Shown here: positions 50,318 to 64,000 of the stretch, piece by piece | Layout: the number at the start of each line of letters is the position of its first letter | Position numbering within the stretch: the stretch's first letter is position 1 | NCBI RefSeq assembly: GCF_009914755.1 | Contig: NC_060940.1 | Strand: one strand, 5' to 3' | DNA length: 64,000 nt | Source: the human T2T-CHM13v2.0 reference genome, Homo sapiens | Translations under genes and position numbers: made by a program | Notes under the pieces: generated by a model | Seen by the model: the letters and a program-made list of their open reading frames with translations, nothing else | Told to the model about the DNA's origin: nothing | Database searches by the model: none

Positions 50318-51411
50318 TTACGTTTCTTATGATAAGGGATGGGTTAACTAGATAAAACATGTGGAAATCTAATTTAGTTAGTAAATTATTTTTTATTTCA
50401 AAAACACTTTTAAAACATAGACATGTTTTCCATAAAACATGTAGGCACCAAGACAGATTTGATTGCTCTCTTGTGAATGATCAGCATCAGGCTTCCATTT
50501 CATGCTTGTTATAATTTACTGTTTATAGTTCCTAACTCTCTGCTTACACGCTGGTTTGAATATTCAAGGGTCTCACCAAGTGGTGAGGCACTGGACGCAA
50601 TGATGATGTTGGGTGCAAATGAATAGGGCTTCAGCTGGAAAGGGGCAAGGGGCAGACTGGAAAGAGCTTAGGCTTTAGACCTCTGTACTGGTCAGGACAC
50701 TTTGGTTCACAAGGGAGAGAAACTCAGTGCAAGCTAGCCTAGGCAGAAAAGAAAAAAGAACTTAATGCCTGGGGAAATTGGAAGGTTGAAGGATGTGGCA
50801 TTAGCTTCAGGTATGGCTCGATCAAGGATTACTCGCTAATAAAGCCTCTCTCCTTCACTAGAATAGAAGCTCTGTAAAGACAGGCACCTTGTCTGCCCTA
50901 TTCATAGCTGCATCCTCCATCATATAGAATAATGCCTGGCACACAGTGATAATAAAAATTATAGAGCATGTCATATGGGCATGCCACTGTTCTTAGTTTA
51001 TCCACTTAACCCAATGAGGTAGGCAATTATTAATTATAATCCCCATTTTTCTGGATGGAGAAACCAAGGCACTGAGAAGTCATTTAGCTGATAAGCAGGG
51101 TAACTGGGATTTGAACCTAGGACCTCTTGCTCCAGAGTCTGTGCTCATAACCATGCTGCCATATTAACTCAGTAAGTAGTTGTTGATTGAGTGAATGAAT
51201 AACTGACTAATGATGAAACTTGCCAGACACAGAGTATTCAGTAACTAGGAGTGCTGACATTTATTTGAGTGGCCTCTGTTTTCTGTGTCCCATTAGCTTT
51301 GGGTGCTGGTGTCTTCATCTGCAGGATTCCATATATTTAGCCCAGATCAATGGAGTGCTGGAGGGTCAGGATGAGTCGTGTTCAAGAAAATAAGGTTGGA
51401 GTTATTTCTAG

Positions 51412-51723
<312 letters not shown>

Positions 51724-52680
51724 TAAGTTCCTGAGATCCAGGGGTTGTTTGTTACTGCAGCATAGTCTAACCCATCCTGTGTAGAAGCCCTTACTTACTT
51801 AGGATGTGTCATTGAGTTCAGAGAGAGGCAGTAGAGGAAAGGGCCCAGACTTTAAAATCAGAGAGATGAAATTCCAACTCTCCACTCACTAGCTGTGTGA
51901 CCTTGGGTAAGTTCCTTAACCTCTCTGAGCCTCACTCTGCATTCTCACTAGTGAAATTACAACTGTAATTGCTACTCCATGAAATTGCTTTGACTACTAA
52001 AATAGGAAACCCTGTCAAGGGTATAACATAGTAGGTGTTGATGAATGTTGGATATTACTTTTGCTATTATGTAGCAAAGCATAGATTACTTTGGCTATTT
52101 TGAAAAAACCTGTTGCTATCAATTAAGGATAGAGTGGCTAAATTAAGTAAATTCTGTAAGCAAACAAGGATGGGTCTTTAATTCTCCTCCACTTTCGATT
52201 TATGGCTGAAGATTTGACAGTTATCTGAAGTCTGACTAGCTTGAAAACCAAGACATCTGTGATTAGACTTACCTTTTGTTCTTCCCATTAGTGTAATTCA
52301 TTGCTTTAGGACATCTCTGCTAACCCACTCGCCCAATATCCATCTAGCTTGGAGCCTTTATGGCCCTCATAAGGACCCGGCTTCCCCCTTGGTCTTTAAA
52401 ATTAGACAACAGATGTTCATAATCGAACCTGTCTTGGTTCCAGAAAGTCTGAGATGTTCAGAAATAATCAGAACGTCTCTATAAATATCATAAAGGATAT
52501 ATCATTTTGGCAGAACCAGATCCAGTTTTTGTGGGGACTGAAGCTTATATAATATGGGGATCTCTGTTTAAGAAAAAGAATACAAAATTATGAATTTAAA
52601 ATTAGGCACAAAAGAGAATGTTATTTTGGAATGAGAAATTAAGTATAATATTCCTGTAGCTGCCTGGACATGGTAGCTCA

Positions 52681-53061
<381 letters not shown>

Positions 53062-53447
53062 TCATTATTGAAACCCAGCTTTCCCTTCTCACCTAAAGCC
53101 TTCCCCAAGTCCAGCATTTAAAGAGACAGGTACAAGGAAAAGACCCTGAAGCCCAAGCCTCATTAGCTTCAGGTAAATTCACCTCCGCTCTCTGGAGAAG
53201 CAGACAACAGAGGCCTCTTGTGAATATTGAGGAGAAGGTTGTATGTGTGTTCATGTGCGTGAGATCCAAGTGGAGAGCATGGGAACCTAGCTCAATTTTC
53301 CCCTGAGGTGAGCTTGAAGCTTTGGGTATCTTCCTCTCAGAGAACGTAAACCCATTTTTCCAACATTGTTGTAAAATATTCTGTTCCCACCTTTCCCACA
53401 ATCAGCTTGCCTGACCCCACCACAGGGTGTGTCATCTTGTGCTTCTG

Positions 53448-53448
<1 letters not shown>

Positions 53449-53491
<43 letters not shown>
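53449..53491. repeat. (CA)n microsatellite
   Basis: About 21 perfect CA units. Confidence 0.95.
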
Positions 53492-53494
<3 letters not shown>

Positions 53495-53989
53495 CAGAGC
53501 CCTGCCATCTGAAGGCAGCCAGCTCCAGAAAGGCCAACCCTTAGCTGTAACTCAGCATAGCACTGTTCATGATCTTTGGTTTCCATTTCTAGGCTGGTTT
53601 CCTTTTTTGTTTTGTTTTTTCCTTTGCCAAGACTGTAGTTGAAATAGGATAAAGGATTTATTTTTCCATAACAAGGTAGGAGAAAGGGTGCTAGGTTACA
53701 AGCACCCTGTCAATATCAGAGTTGGAAGCTTCTTCCTACCATCAGGTGTGTGTTGTGAAAGGAACGAGGGGTTCAGGCAAGTATTTCCCAGCGGGTGGGA
53801 AGGGGTCTTGATGGGATGGAAACTAGGAAAACAAACCAGATTCCCTGAGGGAAAATCAACTGTTCCTGAACTGTTATCAGTGTGGGAGTAGGGTTCACGG
53901 ATTTCATATTCTAAACATGTTTGTGTGTGGTGTGTGCACACACACCTACTATGTGGCAGAGCCTGTCATAAGTGGTGATGGATTACTGT

Positions 53990-54888
<899 letters not shown>

Positions 54889-54891
54889 CAC

Positions 54892-55352
54892 TGTCAACCT
54901 AAAAGGAAGAAGCTGAGGCAAAATTAATATAAGTAAAGACTCTGTTTGGGCCAAGCTTGAGGACTGTAGCCAGGGAGCGTAGATTCAAGTTTCCCTGAAT
55001 ATACACTCCAATTAGCAGCAGTTACAAGTGGATTTATAAAGGCAAAAAAGGGGGACATGGAGTGGGCTGGTACACAGTTGGTTGTCAGGAATTCTCACTG
55101 GTTTTCAGAAATAACATTGACGAGTGATTGGCTATACATTGTTAAGCTATAAGGTGTGGGTTATAGCATCCAGTGGGGGCATTATTAGATTAATTTATAG
55201 CTACTTGTGGCAATGGCAAGCAGTTTTAAGAAATGAATACCGAGCTCAAAGGGGGTATGTAGGACATGATTGCTATCTCGTTCTATTGCCTCTTTGGGCC
55301 TAATAATTTAAAAGGCTTGTATTCCTCAGATGAAAGTTCTGTTCTTTTCTCA
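54892..55352 (-). mobile_element. ERV1-class solo LTR (MER57/MER83-like)
   Basis: TG...CA ends with 4-bp TSD gcac (54888-54891 and 55353-55356); subfamily uncertain. Confidence 0.7.
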
Positions 55353-56626
55353 GCACCTTGAATGGCTGGAGAGAGCACCACCCCATCCTTGACCACGCTG
55401 AGTGCTGGCTGGACTTCAACTGGGCCAGTACTCCCTTTTCCCTTGTGGAAGGTCCCCTGATTAATGCTTACCTGAACGCCTGCTCTTCCTTCAGTCCCCA
55501 GTTCTCTGCATTCCCCAGCACTGGGAACAGAGACAGCATGTCTGTGTTATACAATAGGGAAGAGTATGGGCTCTGGCTTTAAACTTTGACTCTGCCCCCT
55601 TGTTAGCCCAGCGACTGTGAGCAAGTCATTTCACTTCACCCAACTTGTTTTCCTTTTTGTACATTGGAGGTTACTAAAAGCACCTTACCTGTCCAATTGT
55701 AGAGAGGATTAGGTGTATTAATGGGCATGGCACAGTAAACACTCACAAAATGCTAGCTACTATTAATTGTCAAGATTATGTTGGTTGCAAGGAGCAGAAA
55801 CTCATATGGAAGTCATTTAGGCAATAAAAGGGGATAATTTATTGACTCTCATAACCAAATCCAGGAAGGTAGGAGAGCAGTTGAGTGGCAGGGGCAACTG
55901 GAAAGAGACCATTCCCCATGTCTGTCTGTCTGTCATATCTTTTTCATTTTTATATATATATATTTTTACCATGGTGGGTTTTTTTTGTTTCTTTTCTTTT
56001 TTTGGTTGTTTTTTCCATCCTTGGCTAGAACCATGGCTGCCAACAAGCTTCTCTGTTTCATAATGGGAGACCTTCTCATGTGGTTATGATGTGAAAAAGA
56101 TCCCAGGGAAGGACTCTGATTGGTTCAGCTCGGGTCACATAGCCACCCACGTGGCCAGGTCAGGGGCTGGGGTGCTTAGGTGGGGCAGGGGGTTCTGGGT
56201 AGATAAAAATAATTAATGCCTTCTGCCTTATCTAAATGTTCTTTGTACTATGCCTGGCACTTGGTAGAAATTAAACAAATTCCCCTTTTTCCCTTTCTGT
56301 TTGACCCTCATGTCTACTTTTTATTACATAAAAGAGTAATCCAGAAAAGAAAGTCAGCTCATTGGAGACACTGGGTAGGGAGAAAAAGCTTTTTATAGAA
56401 TATTAGGTAGGAGTAGTGGCTTAGGATGGTAAGAGCTCTGCACGAAAGGAAGACATTACGGTCTAAGGCCACCTGGGAGATCTGAGTCAAGCAGCTCTAT
56501 CCCTTCCTGAGGACAAAAGAGATTTCAGGCAATGACTCATATTTGTTTGGAGAGCTAATTGACAAGACATATTAAGAGTTTTAGCAATTGTTCATGCTTT
56601 TTGATCCAACAAATTCACTTCTAGAG

Positions 56627-58425
<1,799 letters not shown>

Positions 58426-58976
58426 GAGAATCTTTCCTAAGGAAACTACATCTGAAACACACACAGAAAATGTATGCTTAAAGCAACAATAGTTCAGCAT
58501 TAGGGGAAGAGGTTAAACAGACTGTTGTTGGGATATTCTTCTCTTTCTAAACATGTTTCTGAAGATCTTGGAATGGGAAGTGTAAACGTTCAACTTAAAG
58601 TGTAAAGTGGAGCAAAAAGCTGCAAAACTTGAATGTATGTTTTTATTAACTACGTAGAGACATCTATTCTAGGAAAACCTCGGGGGAGACTTGCTAAGAT
58701 GTTCATAGTCCTCCTCTGGGCAATGAGTCTAGGAGCCACTGTTTTTCTTCATTTGGAATGTTCATAGTCCCCCTTGGCCAGGGTTCTCTGGTTTGCAGAG
58801 ATGAGAGCTGGTTTTATTGAGCACTGACCCTGCCCTGAGCACATGCGACATTCTTGCCATACACAGTCTCATCAGCTGGAGTTTACTTGCTTCCTTTGAC
58901 TCATGGGGAAACCAAGGCTCAGAGAAGTGACAGCACCTTGTTCAAGGACACGCAGATGATCTGGTCCAAATTGTGA

Positions 58977-60320
<1,344 letters not shown>

Positions 60321-61451
60321 CTAAGTTTTTTGCTTGTGTTCGGGCGTGTGATTTGTGCAGAACTGACTCTACTCCGAGGCTGGGTGGGTGAATGAGGCCT
60401 GGCCAACGAATACGTTCTGGTCTTTTGGCTACCATGGCAGGGTTAGGAATGCACATAGCACCCCATGCTGGGTACTTGAGAGCTGGAACCATCGGGAGAT
60501 TCTGCTGGCTTTGCTACATGCTAGAATGTAAGTGTGAAGGTATTGGTGGCTCTTCTTGCCACTCCATTGGAGAATCAAGCTAACATGGCAGAGCCAAGAG
60601 GCAGAAGTGGAGATCTGGTGATGGTACCTGGTCCCAGGCCTGGATCAGTCATGCCTGGGAGATCCCATGGGTATGAGCTAATGAATGCATGAGCTAATGA
60701 ACCCCCTTGACTTACCCTTTTCATTAAGCTAGTGTGAACTGAGGTTTTATGGCTTTAAACCAGAGCCCTAGTTTTAAATCATGATTCCTCTACTGGATTT
60801 TATACTCTTCTAGTTTTGGGTTTTTTTTGTTTGTTTGTTTTTTGGCAGATAGCAGACAATTGGATATTCCAATGACAATATGGCCCATCTTCCCTAAACT
60901 CCCACTGTTTCCCCACTGTTTCTCTCAGAAAGTTTGTTCTGAATTTGCCTGAGATGAACTCGGGCTCTGCACTCCCAAGCTTTGTGGCCCTGAGGCCGTC
61001 ATTCCCTTCTCCTAGCCTTAGTCTCCCTCATCTTTAAAATGGGACGGCTAGAATTCATCATTGGCTGGGGTACATTGGCTCAAGCCTGTAATCCCAGCAC
61101 TTTGGGAGGCTTAGGTGGAAAGATCGCTTGAGCCCAGGAGTTTGAGACCAGCCTTGGGAACATAATGAGACTTTGTTTCTATTTCTATTTAAAAAAATAA
61201 AGAAGAACCCATCACTGTGAACTCTTGTGAGAATCCAGTGAGGAGACGTGTGTAAGTGCCTGCCACAGTGCCTGGCACATGGTTGGAACCCCAGAGTGTA
61301 TATGGTCCCAGTATTATTGTTTCTATGCTGTGTCCCAAAAGGCTGACTTATGTCAACTGTGGGAGCCCACCATTTCAGAAATTACTGAATAACCTGTGGA
61401 ATTTCCCCTTAGTTACAAAGGTTACTCTTTTAAAAACTCTGTCCTCGGTCA

Positions 61452-61880
<429 letters not shown>

Positions 61881-62067
61881 TTAGGAGGCTGAGGTCAGAG
61901 AATTGCTCGAGCCGAGGAGTTCAAGATCAGCCTGGGCAACAAAGCATGATGTTGTCTCCACAAAAATAAAATAATGAAGTAAAATATCTGAAACCTGCTG
62001 CAGCCTGTTCATTGGTGTTAAGATAACTCCCTCTCCCAGAAGCCTTGGCTAAGCACACTGTCGAGGC

Positions 62068-62290
62068 CAGTGCTTCTCAATAGGTGGGTGACTTTGTCCT
62101 CCTCACCCCCAGGGACACTTGGTAATATCTGGAGACATTTTGGGTTACTGCAATTGGATGGTATGCTACTGGCACCTATGGGCAGAAGCCAGGGATGCTG
62201 TTTCACACCCTGCAGCAAACAAGACAGCCCTGTCCACCCAACAAAGAATTGTCTGGCCACAACATTACTAAAGCTGAGGCTGAGGGAAGT
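62068..62290. mobile_element. MER20
   Basis: cagtgcttctcaa...ccccagggacacttggtaatatctggagacattttggg. Confidence 0.75.
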
Positions 62291-62749
62291 TGGTCTAGGC
62301 TACATGTTTTTCTCTTTACAGAGAAAATGACCCATCATGTCTCCTAATAGAGAAACGCTGCTTCCGGCCGAATGACAAGAGCTCACGCCTGTAATCCCGA
62401 CACTTTGGGAGGCCAAGGCAGGTGGATCACTTGAGGTCAGGAGCTCGAGACCAGCCTGGCCAACATGGTGAAACCTCGTCTCTACTAAAAATACAAAAAT
62501 TTTTAGTAGAAATTTAGTAGAAATTTTTAGTAGAAATTTAGTAGAAATTTAGAATAAGCCAGGTGTAGTGGCACACACCTGTAATCCCAGCTACACAGGA
62601 AGCAGAGGCAGGAGAAGTGCTTGAACCCGAGAGGCAGAAATTGCAGTGAGCTGAGATCATGCCACTTCATTCCAGTCTGGGCCACAGAGCAAGCCTCTCA
62701 AAAAAAAAAAAAAAAAAAAAAAGCTGCTTCCCAGATTGGGCAACAGAAA

Positions 62750-63090
62750 TACGAGTGGTGTGCAGAATGAGTGTGTAAATATAGGTGCATAGGAACATGG
62801 GGAGGGTGAATCCATGACATGAGGGGAGGTGTGCACGGAGGGGTATGTGTGCACACAGGTGTGTCTGTGCCCAGGTTGTGTGTGTGTGCGTGCATGCATG
62901 TACTTGTGCGATGTATGAATCAGTGCCTATAAGTGTGTGCATCGTGTGCAAGTGGCACGTGTGATGTGGGCGTGTAAGACAGGAAATTGTGTGGATAAGC
63001 AATGTATGGGATGATGGGTACTGACAGGTGCGGGAGTGGATTTTGTGTCTCTAGAGTGTAAGTGACTGGCTTGTGTGTGTCACTGTATAG
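62750..63090. repeat. TG-rich low-complexity tract in ABCC6-derived intron 4
   Basis: Degenerate (TG)n/(TGCA)n sequence. Confidence 0.7.
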
Positions 63091-63186
63091 AGAATAAGTT
63101 GTATGTGGAAACAGGAGGAGAAAGGAAGGGACCCAAGGCATGAGCCACCATTTTGGTTTCCCAGGGTGGCCCACGCCCCGACTTAC

Positions 63187-64000
63187 CACTCCGGAGGCCT
63201 GCTGGGCAGCGTTGGTAGCTGGCAAGACAAAGCAGAGAAGCCAGTAACCAAACAGCACTCCAGATGACTGGACTCCCTTTTTCCTCTCGGTGTGAATCAG
63301 GAACACTGCGAAGCTCTGGACGGGAAAGTCAGGGAGGCCCCTTAGGGGAGGGTGGGAGGCTGAGGGGAGCCTCTTCTCTTCCCCTTGTTCTCCACTGTGG
63401 CAGGCAAAGCAGCAGCTGGGAGGAAGCCGGGCTCCAGACTGAAGGCATCATTACCATCGTGGTGAGCCACACAGTAGGATGAATGAGGAATTCTGGGGCC
63501 TCAGGCGTTCCCTGTTGGATTTTCCAAAGAGCGACAGCCACGCTGGAGGTACACAGGACTATGAGGGTGAATCCAAGCACCTGAGGATACAGGCTTAGAT
63601 AAGCTTGGGGGGCAATAAGAGAGGTCACAGCAAACTGGTAAGCAGCCCCATGTCCAACTGGGAGCTGGTTCTGCAACATCCTGGCTGATACTGAGTATAC
63701 CAGGGTCACCAGCTAGCAACGTGCCAATGTGAACAATGTGTAAAGGGCATTGCAGATCACTCCTGACCTGTAACTGTCATATAAATAATGCACAGGAAGG
63801 GCTTGAGCCAACCGAGTGTTTTCCAAAATGCAGGAAGTGCTCCAATCGTGCACATATGAGATGACTCTGGGTATGGAGAAACAGCAGGAAATGAAATGTA
63901 CTCACCAGGTAAAAAACTATCCTTTCTCCAAGTCATTTTTCAATCCCTGCTATGAAATCAAGGAGCAACTCTCTGTTGGGCCAGTAAGTCTCTAGGGTCT
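63187..64000 (-). pseudogene. ABCC6P2: ABCC6 pseudogene 2 (truncated duplicate; exons 3 and 4 in window, exons 1-2 beyond the right edge)
   Basis: Exon 63580-63455 (126 nt) [42 protein letters not shown] and exon 63315-63187 (129 nt) [43 protein letters not shown] correspond to ABCC6/MRP6 TMD0. No exon 5 (GFQSDPVRH...) is seen downstream, which fits ABCC6P2 (exons 1-4) rather than ABCC6 or ABCC6P1 (exons 1-9). Confidence 0.9.

Noticed and set aside
63187-63580. Functional ABCC6 or ABCC6P1
   Set aside because: Exons 5 onward are absent in more than 50 kb downstream, which matches the four-exon pseudogene.

Overview
Human (great-ape-type) genomic DNA from the 16p13.1 segmental-duplication mosaic, very Alu-rich. 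It is not prokaryotic: there is no CRISPR array, operon, tRNA or rRNA. Three gene-derived blocks are recognisable. (1) 1356-7820 (+): the last six coding exons of an NPIPA-subfamily gene (LCR16a core duplicon), all GT-AG and in frame, ending in a proline-rich coding VNTR whose last unit is frameshifted. (2) 8809-12482 (-): exons 2 and 3 of a duplicated PLA2G10 pseudogene, with a CGA>TGA nonsense codon and no exon 1 or 4, lying tail-to-tail with NPIPA. (3) 63187-63580 (-): exons 3-4 of a truncated ABCC6 copy with no exon 5 downstream, i.e. ABCC6P2. The order NPIPA(+) / PLA2G10 fragment(-) / about 50 kb / ABCC6P2(-) best fits NPIPA2; this is recalled synteny, not a search. The middle 50 kb is mostly Alu, MIR/L2, L1 fragments, solo LTRs (several with intact TSDs), MER DNA transposons and an AT-rich palindromic tract. 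Almost all ORF-track entries are Alu/L1/LTR or microsatellite artefacts. I found no convincing new multi-gene system. The best unexplained signal is a set of antisense exon-like cassettes inside an NPIPA intron (about 3370-4372). Repeat subfamily names are from memory of consensus sequences, and repeat boundaries are approximate unless TSDs are given.
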